The position numbers and the translations under genes were made by a program. 64,000 nt of DNA from Planctomycetota bacterium. Its GTDB lineage: Bacteria; Planctomycetota; UBA8108; SXIK01. Shown piece after piece: positions 8,509 through 18,835 of this stretch. Under the pieces are notes generated by a model. That model was not told the DNA's origin, searched no databases, and saw nothing but the letters and a program-made list of their open reading frames with translations. The stretch is taken from positions 3,787,334 to 3,851,333 of the forward strand of contig CBDCXR010000004.1 of NCBI GenBank assembly GCA_965223845.1, in the 5' to 3' direction. The first letter of the stretch is position 1, and the number at the start of each line of letters is the position of its first letter.

Positions 8509-9258
8509 CTAGTCTCGCCGCCGCAGATTCGAACGAACGAACTCGCGATTGAGTCGCGCGATGTTTTCGACGCGGATCGACTTCGGGCACGCGGCCTCGC
8601 ACTCGCTCTCGTTCGTGCAGTTGCCGAAGCCTTCATCGTCCATCGCTTCGATCATCGCGCGTGCACGGCGAGCTCGCTCCGGCTGTCCCTGCGGGAGAAG
8701 CGCGAGCTGCGAGACCTTCGCGGAAACGAACAGCATCGCAGAGGCGTTCTTGCACGAGGCCACGCAGGCGCCGCAACCGATGCACGCCGCTGCGTCCATC
8801 GCGAGGTCGGCGTTTTCCTTCGGAATCGCGATCGCGTTCGCGTCGGGAGCCGCCCCCGTCCGCACCGACACGTAGCCACCGGCGCGGATGATTCGGTCGA
8901 AGCTCGAACGGTCGACAACGAGATCCTTCACCACCGGGAACGCGCCCGCGCGCCACGGCTCGATCTCGATCGTGTCGCCGCTCCGAAAGTGCCGCATGTG
9001 GAGCTGACAGACCGTCGTCCCGCGCTCGGGTCCGTGGGCGCGCCCGTCGATGACGAGGCTGCACATTCCACAGATTCCTTCGCGGCAATCGTGGTCGAAT
9101 GCGACCGGATCCTCGCCGCGACGCTCGAGATCTTCGTTGAGGACGTCCAGCATTTCGAGGAACGACGCCTCTTCCGAGATCCCGCTCACCTCGTACGTGA
9201 CCATACGACCGGGATCTTGCGCGTTCTTCTGCCGCCAGATCTTGAGCGTCAACTCCAT
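8509..9258 (-). CDS. sdhB: succinate dehydrogenase / fumarate reductase iron-sulfur subunit
   Basis: Starts at [10 protein letters not shown]. 2Fe-2S motif CREGICGMC. Cys clusters [11 protein letters not shown] and [12 protein letters not shown]. Lies directly downstream of sdhA. Confidence 0.92.
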   Translation of the reverse strand: MELTLKIWRQKNAQDPGRMVTYEVSGISEEASFLEMLDVLNEDLERRGEDPVAFDHDCREGICGMCSLVIDGRAHGPERGTTVCQLHMRHFRSGDTIEIEPWRAGAFPVVKDLVVDRSSFDRIIRAGGYVSVRTGAAPDANAIAIPKENADLAMDAAACIGCGACVASCKNASAMLFVSAKVSQLALLPQGQPERARRARAMIEAMDDEGFGNCTNESECEAACPKSIRVENIARLNREFVRSNLRRRD

Positions 9259-9269
9259 CGCGCCGCTCG

Positions 9270-11179
<1,910 letters not shown>

Positions 11180-11183
<4 letters not shown>

Positions 11184-11833
11184 TGCGCGCCCTCCGCGAA
11201 GAAGTACGCGTAGAGAGGAAGAGACGCGTACCCGACCGCCACGAAGATCGCGAACAGACGACCCGCGATGCGGACGAGCGCAACGCACTTCGGCTGCGAC
11301 AGGCCGAGACTTCGAAACGCGCTTTGAAACCCGTGGCTCACGTGGAGCGCGACGACGCAGGATGCGAAGACGTACCAAATCACGTAGTAGGACCCGTGGA
11401 ACTTGTCGATCACGAGATCGTACAGCGACGCGCCTTCTGCCTTCGCGAACCGGAAGTCCTTGAGGTGGAGAACGAGGAAAACGAGGACGATGATCCCCGA
11501 ATAGATCATGGTCGAGCTCGCGATCGTTCGCTCTCCGGCCGAGGCCCGAGCGACGTAGCGTACGGGGCGCGCACGACGGTTTTCGATCGTCACCCACACG
11601 GCGAAGACGATGTGGACGAGAAAGAGCGCGGCGAGGATCGCTTCCGCCGGGTAGTAGAAGAGGAGGTTCGACGTCATCGCCTCGGCGTAGGCGTCGAAGG
11701 CGTCCTTCCCGAAGAAGAGAAGAAAGTTCCCGAGGAGATGGAGAACCAAGAAGCCGCACAAGAGAAGGCCGCTCACCGCGACGCACTGCTTCTTGCCGAT
11801 GGACGAACAGAGCGTCCGAAACATCCAGGTCAT
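11180..11833 (-). CDS. sdhC: succinate dehydrogenase cytochrome b subunit (single-subunit b558 type)
   Basis: About 217 aa with five hydrophobic segments and conserved His residues ([32 protein letters not shown]). First gene in a Bacillus-like sdhCAB order. Start taken at MTWMF (11833); MFRTL (11824) is an alternative. Confidence 0.82.
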
Positions 11834-12039
11834 GAAGGTGATCGAACCTCTCTCATCGTCACCGATTCGGGGTAGACGCCGAACAAGAGCGTTGCTGCCG
11901 AAGCGCGCGTGGGGAGCGGCATACGGGCGAACGCCGCGGGAAGAACCCAGATACTGTAGTCTTCGCATCCGCGCCATCAAGCCCCAACGTCGAGGCGATC
12001 GATCGCCGCCGCAAGCGCGGGCATTCGCCCGGTTGGAGG

Positions 12040-12954
12040 TCAGTTTTCAAGGATACTCTCGGCGGCGACGCTCTCGCGCGACGTGGGAGGCGTCGCGCCG
12101 GCTCGAGCGGCCACGTAGGCGCCGCAGCGACAGCTCCATTCGAGCCACTCGGCGGGAGGGACGCCCCGGAAGTACGCGTCGAGGAACCCAGCGAGAAACG
12201 CGTCGCCGGCGCCGACCGTATCTCCGACTCGAACGCGAAACCCCGGGTGCGCGAAAAATGACCCGGCATTGAGAAGGACGGCCCCGTGCGCTCCCCGAGT
12301 CACGCAGAGCGCAGCGAGCTCGAGCTGATCGGCGAGGCGCGCAAGAGCCGACCGAGCGGCGTCCGGATCCGCGAGATCCTTCGGCCCGGCCTCGCCGGTC
12401 GTCCATTCGTACACCCGCGCAAACTCGTCGTCGTTCATCTTCACGAAATCCGCGACGGCTAGCGAGTCCTTCACGATCGCCGCATCGTCGTACGGGGGGC
12501 GGAGATTGACGTCGAAACATCGGATCGCATCGCGCGCCCAAAGCTCCCGCACCGCGAGCCGCGAGCGCTCGGATCTCTGGGCGAGCGAACCGTAGAGAAC
12601 GAGATCCGCGGCGGGGAGGTCGGGGACGGCCATCCGATCCCACGCCGCGGGCGCCAAGATGTCGTAGGCGGGGATGCCGTCCTCGTCCGTCCGGACGAGG
12701 ACGCGCCCGGTCGGCAGCTCGGGGTGAACCGCGATCCCCGCGGTCGACATGCCGAACGCTTCCATGCGGGAGCGCAGCTCCTCGCCGAGCACGTCGTCGC
12801 CGACCGACGAGACGAGCGTCGCTCCGTGCCCGAGTGCGGTCAGGTGGTAACAGACGTTGAAGACCGCTCCTCCGGGGAAGAGGCCGGCCGGCAGCGAGTC
12901 CCAGAGAACCTCGCCGATCGCGACGATCTCCCCCCGACGCGGTGTCCCGCTCAA
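12040..12954 (-). CDS. PfkB-family carbohydrate kinase (fructokinase/ribokinase-like)
   Basis: N-terminal GEVLWD...GGAVFNV and C-terminal DTVGAGDAFLAGFL (PfkB signature 2). ATGA overlap with the upstream propeller gene. Confidence 0.85.
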   Translation of the reverse strand: MSGTPRRGEIVAIGEVLWDSLPAGLFPGGAVFNVCYHLTALGHGATLVSSVGDDVLGEELRSRMEAFGMSTAGIAVHPELPTGRVLVRTDEDGIPAYDILAPAAWDRMAVPDLPAADLVLYGSLAQRSERSRLAVRELWARDAIRCFDVNLRPPYDDAAIVKDSLAVADFVKMNDDEFARVYEWTTGEAGPKDLADPDAARSALARLADQLELAALCVTRGAHGAVLLNAGSFFAHPGFRVRVGDTVGAGDAFLAGFLDAYFRGVPPAEWLEWSCRCGAYVAARAGATPPTSRESVAAESILEN

Positions 12955-14306
12955 CGCTGCCCTCCGTCCGTGCCCGATTCGCGCTCGGAGCGGGACGGCT
13001 TGGCCTCACCCCGCTTCGTCCGCAGATCGAACGCGATCAGCTTCCGCTCGTCGCGGACGTAGAGGCGACCGCCGGAAAACGTGGGGACCGCCCACGCCGG
13101 CCAATCGAGGACGTCCGGAACCTCCGCGACGATCTTGTGTCCCTCGGGAGTCAAGCGAAGGAGATAGAGCTGACCGCGCTCGCCGAGAGCGATGAAATGG
13201 CCGTCGCCGTAGATGAACGTTCCCCGGCCGAGCGGGCTCCGCCACCGCCACTTCACGCGGCCCGTCGCGAGCTCGACGCAGTGGAGCTGAGCTTGACCTT
13301 CGTGCCGCCCGGCGAATCCGTACACGTGATCGTCCACGCAAACGATCGTCGACCAGTGGCTGTCGAGGATCTTCTCGCGCGAGAGGAGGTCGTCTTTCCA
13401 CAAGACGTCGTAGTCGTCTGCTCGAAGCCGAAGCGCGACCGCGCCGGTACCGTAGGTCGCCGAGAACAGCAGCTTGTCGCCGACGACGAGCGGCGTCGAA
13501 GCATTGACGGATTCGTGCTTCCTCGAACGCCAGGGAAAGTCCCATTTTCGTCGCCCAGCGACCGGGTCGAAGCACGCCATTCCCCCGCGGTGAAAGACGA
13601 AGAGTCGATCGACGCCAGCGACGGGGACCACGCGCGCGGCGGCGTAGCTTCCGCCTGCGGTCTTCTCCTTCCACACCGTCTCCCCCGTCCGCGCCTCCAG
13701 CGCGAGAGTGAGACCCGAGACTCCCATCGTCCCGCCCAAGTTGACGTAAAGGCGCCCACCGTGAAGCGCCGGGGCGGCGCCGACGCCGAAAAAATTTTGC
13801 GTCAGCGAGTACTCGCCGAGGAGATCGCGCCTCCACGCTTTTCGCCCGCTCTCGAGCTCGATCGCGTGGAGGATTCCGTTCGGGCCCAGTGTGTAAACGA
13901 GCTTCTTCTCCGCTGTGACGTCGACCTGGGGGCAGCAACGCGGCCCCCCGCTATACCCCCACGCGTCGACGTAGTCGGTGTCGTAGCTAAACCTCCAGCG
14001 ACGATCGCCGGTCTCCGGGTCGAGGTCGTCCACGTGCATCTGACCGCGGACGCGATGGAAGAAGATCAGATGCTCGCCGACGACGATCACCGAGCTGTAT
14101 CCCTCGCCGCCAGGGATGCGGAAGAGCTCGGGCGGACCGGTCTCGGGCCAGTCCTTCAGCCAGCCCGTCTCATCGAACGTAGCATCTTGCCGAGGGCCGA
14201 GCCAAAGGGCCCAATCGGTCGCGCTCACGCGCGAAGGGAGCGCGGTTCCGACGATCGCCGCCAGCACTGCGAGCCAACGCCCGTCCCATCGAAGGTTTCG
14301 ACGCAT
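12951..14306 (-). CDS. secreted PQQ-like (BamB-like) beta-propeller repeat protein
   Basis: Signal-like MRRNLRWDGRWLAVLAAIVGTALPSRVSA. Repeated motifs of the type G.LY..D..G.L.A.D..TG...W (DPETGDRRWRF, ELESGRKAWRR, EARTGETVWKE, DPVAGRRKWDF, ELATGRVKWRW). Start 14306 preferred; 14372 is possible. Confidence 0.78.
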   Translation of the reverse strand: MRRNLRWDGRWLAVLAAIVGTALPSRVSATDWALWLGPRQDATFDETGWLKDWPETGPPELFRIPGGEGYSSVIVVGEHLIFFHRVRGQMHVDDLDPETGDRRWRFSYDTDYVDAWGYSGGPRCCPQVDVTAEKKLVYTLGPNGILHAIELESGRKAWRRDLLGEYSLTQNFFGVGAAPALHGGRLYVNLGGTMGVSGLTLALEARTGETVWKEKTAGGSYAAARVVPVAGVDRLFVFHRGGMACFDPVAGRRKWDFPWRSRKHESVNASTPLVVGDKLLFSATYGTGAVALRLRADDYDVLWKDDLLSREKILDSHWSTIVCVDDHVYGFAGRHEGQAQLHCVELATGRVKWRWRSPLGRGTFIYGDGHFIALGERGQLYLLRLTPEGHKIVAEVPDVLDWPAWAVPTFSGGRLYVRDERKLIAFDLRTKRGEAKPSRSERESGTDGGQR

Positions 14307-14413
14307 CGATCTCTGCCTTTCCCCCGAGCGCGATCCACCACCGGCGACGAGACGCGCTCGCAGCGAGGTCATCGCGCGCGCACCTCGCCCGCGATCACGC
14401 GACGGCGTATTCT

Positions 14414-14466
14414 CCGCGGATGGCACGCGCCCCGCAACTTTCGTGCGGGTGTGCCCTCGTCCGCGG
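14414..14466 (-). promoter_or_regulatory. long nested hairpin capped by a GAAA tetraloop (minus-strand sense) in a 545-nt non-coding gap
   Basis: CCGCGGA/TCCGCGG outer helix, GGCAC/GTGCC middle helix and CCCGCA(A)C-GAAA-GTGCGGG apex. The loop reads GAAA on the minus strand, which is the strand of both flanking operons. Confidence 0.35.
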
Positions 14467-14851
14467 GACTCGCAGCTCCGGCTGAACGACGTCGCGCCCG
14501 GGAGGGCAAAAGGGAATCGGAAGGGGTCGACCTGGTCGCGTCGAGCGCGACTTCACTCTCGGGGTGCACACTTGGAACACCCCCACGTCCGCGGTCCAAA
14601 CGGTCCCCGGAGGCCGGTGACCACGAGAGCGCGCGGGCAGTCCGAGGTTCTTCTGTCCGCGTCTCGTCAAACCCCTTCCGAACCGATGAGCCTGTCTAGA
14701 CTCGCGCTCTACCATGCCTCAGAACAGTGCAAATGGCACGCGAAAAAAACCACCGAGGGGAAGACTTTCCGCCGAGCCTCACGGGCCCCGAACATCGCGG
14801 CTGAACCGCCCGCGAACTCGGAGAGCGGAGCGAGAAACACGGCGACTCGAC

Positions 14852-15997
14852 TCAAGAAAGTCGACGTCGATAGTCGTCGTAGTCGAATTCTCGGACGACG
14901 CGGAGACGATCGGTCTCGGGATCGAAGAGCGCGATCGAGGGGAGCCGAACGCCATTGAACGTCGTCGTCTTCACCATCGTGTAGTGGATCATGTCCTCGA
15001 AGACGACCCGATCTCCCACCCCGAGCGGCTCGTCGAACGAATAGTCGCCGATCACGTCTCCCGCGAGACAAGTCAGTCCGCCGAGACGATACGAGTACGG
15101 TTTCTCGCCCGGGCGTCCCGCGCCGCGAACCTCCGGTCGGTAGGGCATCTCGAGCACGTCCGGCATGTGCGCCGTCGCAGAAGTATCGAGAATCGCGATG
15201 TCGATGACGTTTCGAACGACGTCGAGAACCGACGCGACGAGAACGCCGGTCTCCCACCCGATGGCCTCCCCCGGCTCGAGGTAGACGTCGACTCCGTACC
15301 GCTCGCGAAAGCGGGAGATCAGTGCGCAGAGTCGCTCGACGTCGTACCCCGCGCGGGTAATGTGGTGACCGCCGCCGAAGTTCACCCACTCGACCCGCTC
15401 GAGCGCCGGGCCGAACCCTTCCTCGACTGCGACCAGAGCGCGCTCGAGAACGTCGGCGCCCTGACCGCAAAGCGCGTGGAAGTGGAGTCCCCGAATCGGC
15501 CCGAGAGCGTCCGCCGAGAAGTCGAACTCGCGGCGCGGAATTCCGAGCCGCGACTGCGGCGCGCACGGATCGTAGAGCGCGACCTCGACCTCGGAGTGCT
15601 CGGGATTGACGCGGAGGCCGGGAGACACGCGACCATCGGTCGCCTCTACGGCCCCGCGAAACCGCCGCCACTGCGCGAACGAGTTGAAGCTCACGTGATC
15701 GGCGATCTCGAGGATCGCCGGAAACTCCGCGTCCGAGTAGGCCGGGGCGTAGACGTGGAGCTCACCGCCGAACTCCTCGGCCCCGAGGCGCGCCTCGTGG
15801 AGGCTGCTCGCCGCCGTGCCCGCGAGATAGCGCGCGCAGAGCGGAGCCGCGGCGTGGAGCGCGAATCCCTTGAGCGCGAGAAGCACTCGCGCTCCGCTGG
15901 ACTCGCTGACTCCGCGCAAGACGCGTAGGTTTCGCTCGAGGCGCTTCTCGTTGCAGACGAAGCAGGGCGAGGGCGCCCGAGCGGGATCGAAGGTCAA
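14852..15997 (-). CDS. nspC: carboxynorspermidine/carboxyspermidine decarboxylase
   Basis: Family-typical blocks: PCFVCNEKRLERNL, LLALKGF, SSLHEARLG, NFGGGHH, YLEPGEAI, DTSATAHMPDVLEMPY, YRLGGLTCLAGDVIG. There is no in-frame ATG near the N-terminus. TTG at 15997 overlaps the upstream stop (TTGA) and gives 381 aa. Confidence 0.88.
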   Translation of the reverse strand: MTFDPARAPSPCFVCNEKRLERNLRVLRGVSESSGARVLLALKGFALHAAAPLCARYLAGTAASSLHEARLGAEEFGGELHVYAPAYSDAEFPAILEIADHVSFNSFAQWRRFRGAVEATDGRVSPGLRVNPEHSEVEVALYDPCAPQSRLGIPRREFDFSADALGPIRGLHFHALCGQGADVLERALVAVEEGFGPALERVEWVNFGGGHHITRAGYDVERLCALISRFRERYGVDVYLEPGEAIGWETGVLVASVLDVVRNVIDIAILDTSATAHMPDVLEMPYRPEVRGAGRPGEKPYSYRLGGLTCLAGDVIGDYSFDEPLGVGDRVVFEDMIHYTMVKTTTFNGVRLPSIALFDPETDRLRVVREFDYDDYRRRLS

Positions 15998-17169
15998 AGA
16001 TCTCGCTCCACCCAGGGGAGCCCGTACGTCGGGAGAAGCTCCATGAACGGAGACGGGTCGAGTTGCTCGACATTGAACACGCCCTCGCCGCGCCAGATTC
16101 CGCGGAGCAGAAGCTGGGCCCCGATCATCGCCGGCACTCCCGTCGTGTACGAAACCGCCTGCGCGCCGACCTCGCGGTAGCACTCCGCGTGGTCGCACAC
16201 GTTGTAGATGTACATCTTCCGCGGACGCCCGCCCGAATCTCCCTCGACGATGCACCCGATGCACGTCTTCCCGGCGTAAGTCTCACCCAGACGCCCCGGA
16301 TCGGGGAGGACGGCCTTCAGAAACTGCAGCGGAACGATCGAGTGGCCCTCGTACTCGACTGGGTCGATGCGCGTCATGCCGACGTTCTGAAGGACGCGAA
16401 GATGCGTGAGGTACTCGTCGCCGAACGTCATCCAAAAGCGGATGCGTTCGACCCCCGGAATGAACTTCGCGAGCGACTCCAGCTCCTCGTGGTAGAGGAG
16501 ATACATCCGCCGCGGTCCGATCTCCGGAAAGTCGAACGTCTCTGAGACGGACAGCGGCTCCGTCTCGACCCAGGCGCCGTTCTCGTAGTACTTCCCTCGC
16601 TGCGTGATCTCCCGGACGTTGATCTCCGGATTGAAATTCGTCGCGAACGGGTGGCCGTGGTCGCCGCCGTTGCAGTCGAGGATATCGATGGTTCGAATGG
16701 AGTCGAAGCGCTCCTTCGCGAGGTGAGCACAGAAGATGCTCGTCACGCCGGGATCGAATCCGCAGCCGAGGAGCGCCATGATGCCGCGCTCGCGAAAGCG
16801 ATCGTGATACTCCCATTGCCAGCGATAGCAGAACTTCGCCTCGTCCGGCGGCTCGTAGTTCGCCGTGTCGAGGTAGTGGACGCCAGTCGCGAGGCACGCG
16901 TCCATGATCGCGAGATCTTGATAGGGAAGTGCGACGTTGACGACGAGGTCGGGACCGAAGTCTTCGATCAGGCTCACGGTCTCGTCGACGTGATCCGCGT
17001 TCACCTGGGCCGTACGGATCGGGCGGTCGATCGCCGCTGCGATGCGATCACACTTCTCGAGCGTACGGCTCGCGAGACAGATCTCCTCGAACACCTCCGG
17101 CACCGCCGCGCACTTCCGCGCGACGACGTTTCCCACTCCGCCCGCCCCGATGATGAGTACTCTCGGCAT
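15994..17169 (-). CDS. carboxynorspermidine synthase/dehydrogenase (saccharopine dehydrogenase family)
   Basis: GGAGG lies 5 nt upstream of the ATG at 17169. Rossmann motif VLIIGAGGVGNVVA. Also LLGCGFDPGV and a conserved C-terminal half. Coupled to nspC. Confidence 0.9.
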   Translation of the reverse strand: MPRVLIIGAGGVGNVVARKCAAVPEVFEEICLASRTLEKCDRIAAAIDRPIRTAQVNADHVDETVSLIEDFGPDLVVNVALPYQDLAIMDACLATGVHYLDTANYEPPDEAKFCYRWQWEYHDRFRERGIMALLGCGFDPGVTSIFCAHLAKERFDSIRTIDILDCNGGDHGHPFATNFNPEINVREITQRGKYYENGAWVETEPLSVSETFDFPEIGPRRMYLLYHEELESLAKFIPGVERIRFWMTFGDEYLTHLRVLQNVGMTRIDPVEYEGHSIVPLQFLKAVLPDPGRLGETYAGKTCIGCIVEGDSGGRPRKMYIYNVCDHAECYREVGAQAVSYTTGVPAMIGAQLLLRGIWRGEGVFNVEQLDPSPFMELLPTYGLPWVERDL

Positions 17170-17309
17170 CCCGACCTCCGGCACGGACCTCGCCGCGCCG
17201 AACGGATCGCGGGCGACAGCTCGGAGCCAGGATGTACCCGATGGACCGGGGCGGGAACAGAGCTAATTCACCGCGCGAAAACGCCTTCGCGGGCGTGTCG
17301 ACGTCGGGG

Positions 17310-18500
17310 TCAACAAGAGCCGTAGACACACTCCGTGTGCTCGTCGTCGACGGTCGGGTCCGGGCCGCAAGTCTCGAGACCCGGCGGAGCCGGAGGCGCC
17401 TCACCCTGAAAGAGGCTCCCGAGAAGATGGAGCGGGTCGTTCAGATTGATCCCGCCGTCGTCGTTCACATCGGAGGCATCGGGACAGGGGGATGGATCCG
17501 CGCTCTTGAAGAGGTGGTTCAGGAGAGAAATCGCATCCGAAATATTGACCGATCCGTCGGTGTCGAAGTCGCCGCGGCGAAAGTCGACGGCCGGTGCGTC
17601 GCCGATGATCGCCGTACAGGTGAGGCTACCGTCCTCGCCGCAAGCGATGTCGCAGACGGACGCGACGAGCGTGTAGACATTCTCTCCGGCAACCGGCTCG
17701 GAATCGGTGTACCCCGTCGACGTGACGCGCGGTTGGTTCTCGAGCGGCACTCCGTTTCGCGAGAGCTCGATGCTCGTGTACGCGGTCCCCGCCGGACGCG
17801 TCCAGCGAACGCGAACCGAGCCGTTGTCGCGGACTTCGCAGGTGATCTCGGTCGGGCAGGGATCCGCATCGTCGACGAAAAGCTCCGGCTCGAGAACGAA
17901 ATCCGAGCTGTCGAGCGACGTATTGTGTCCCTGAATCGCGATGACGTTTTCGCCCGCTTGAAGCGAAGCGATCGCCTCGCAGTTGCTGATCACTATGCTC
18001 TGAAACTGATTCTCGCTCGCCCGATTCGTCGCCGTGGCGTCGAACGGAACTGGATCGCCGGGGTTCCCCGGGAGACCGACGCGCGCGGCCTCGATTCCGT
18101 TGATGTACGCCACGAAGCCGTCGTCGTAGCGAATGAAGAGCCTCAGCTTCGAGACCGCACTCGGATCGTCGATAGTAAAGATGCTGCGGATGTAGAGGCT
18201 CCAGAACCCGGTGTTGCCTCCACCGCCCTGCATCCCGTCGATCATGGTGTTGATCCAGGCCTCGCCGTACCCGAGCGCACTCGGACCGAGATCCCAGCGC
18301 CGATCGTCGTACTCGGCGGTGAACCAATCGGGATCGGGCTCTTCCACGCCGGGAAAGTACGTCCAGAGGTCACCGGATTGGATCAGCTGGACTTCTTCCG
18401 TCTTCGCCGGGGCCGCGAACACGAACGCGACGACGAACGGGACCGCAGACCGAGCGAAGCGCTTCGCTCCCACAAGCCTCTTCGGATGAACAGCGCGCAT
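17310..18500 (-). CDS. secreted protein: jelly-roll (galactose-binding-like) domain + Ig/Fn3-like domain + C-terminal dockerin-like module
   Basis: GGAGGG lies 4 nt upstream of the ATG at 18500. Signal peptide RSAVPFVVAFVFAAPAKTEE. The N-terminal domain has the pattern W.YF....P...W....YDD..W..G...LGYG ... YIR..F...D......L.L...YDDGFVAYING. The C-terminus carries two DxDxDG loops. Confidence 0.75.
   Translation of the reverse strand: MRAVHPKRLVGAKRFARSAVPFVVAFVFAAPAKTEEVQLIQSGDLWTYFPGVEEPDPDWFTAEYDDRRWDLGPSALGYGEAWINTMIDGMQGGGGNTGFWSLYIRSIFTIDDPSAVSKLRLFIRYDDGFVAYINGIEAARVGLPGNPGDPVPFDATATNRASENQFQSIVISNCEAIASLQAGENVIAIQGHNTSLDSSDFVLEPELFVDDADPCPTEITCEVRDNGSVRVRWTRPAGTAYTSIELSRNGVPLENQPRVTSTGYTDSEPVAGENVYTLVASVCDIACGEDGSLTCTAIIGDAPAVDFRRGDFDTDGSVNISDAISLLNHLFKSADPSPCPDASDVNDDGGINLNDPLHLLGSLFQGEAPPAPPGLETCGPDPTVDDEHTECVYGSC
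17313..17588 (-). other. dockerin-like double EF-hand module, copy 3 (C-terminal)
   Basis: VDFRRGDFDTDGSVNISDAISLLNHLF...PCPDASDVNDDGGINLNDPLHLLGSLF...PPAPPGLETCGPDPTVDDEHTEC is colinear with the modules at 46406-46684 and 47042-47320. Confidence 0.7.
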
Positions 18501-18835
18501 CACACCCTCCCTCACGAACGTTCGCGACGCATCGGCCGCCGGATCGTAGCGAATCGAATCTCAAACCGGACGGCTTTGCGAGACCACAGTCGCGCCGCTC
18601 AGCGAGCGGCTCCGACCGAGCGGCGCCTCCGAGACCCCTGGAGATCCGCCGCAGGCAAGCGTCCGAGCGCCTTCCATTTAATGAGCGCTCGCCTCCCCTG
18701 TAAAGAACGGCGACGTGTCGACGCCGACTTCACTTGCCGCTCGGCGACGAATCGGTCAACATTCCCAGCCCGCGGGCGAGAGCCATCTACGATGAGGAGC
18801 CCGCCGCGAGTCCACTACCGCAAGGCGAACACCGC

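Noticed and set aside
11994-12007. Perfect 14-nt palindrome GGCGATCGATCGCC between the PfkB stop and the sdhC promoter region
   Set aside because: Short GC-rich palindromes containing GATC/CGATCG are frequent by eye throughout this sequence. There is no loop or U-run to support a terminator and no second copy to support an operator.
14421-14436. TGGCAC-N5-CCGC, a sigma54-like -24/-12 element
   Set aside because: The -12 TTGC is not matched. It is on the plus strand with no downstream plus-strand gene, and the sequence is part of the nested hairpin described elsewhere.
14500-14535. AAAAGGGAATCGG on the plus strand, resembling the cobalamin-riboswitch core
   Set aside because: No GCCACTG B12-box and no GGTG..AA..CC continuation. 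It is on the strand opposite to both flanking operons.
14755-14790. GGCGGAAAGTCTTCCCC (minus sense), reminiscent of the RNase P RNA P4 motif GAGGAAAGUCCGGGC
   Set aside because: The rest of the conserved RNase P core is absent: no matching 3' P4 strand ACAGAACCCGGCUUA at a suitable distance, and no GGUGCGGUAAG-type P10-12 elements. The available space is also too short.
14741-14795. Possible intrinsic terminator of nspC: a 7-T run in minus sense preceded by GGAA-AGTC-TTCC
   Set aside because: The stems I could draw are only 4-5 bp with a large loop, which is too weak to call. It is mentioned only within the structured-gap finding.
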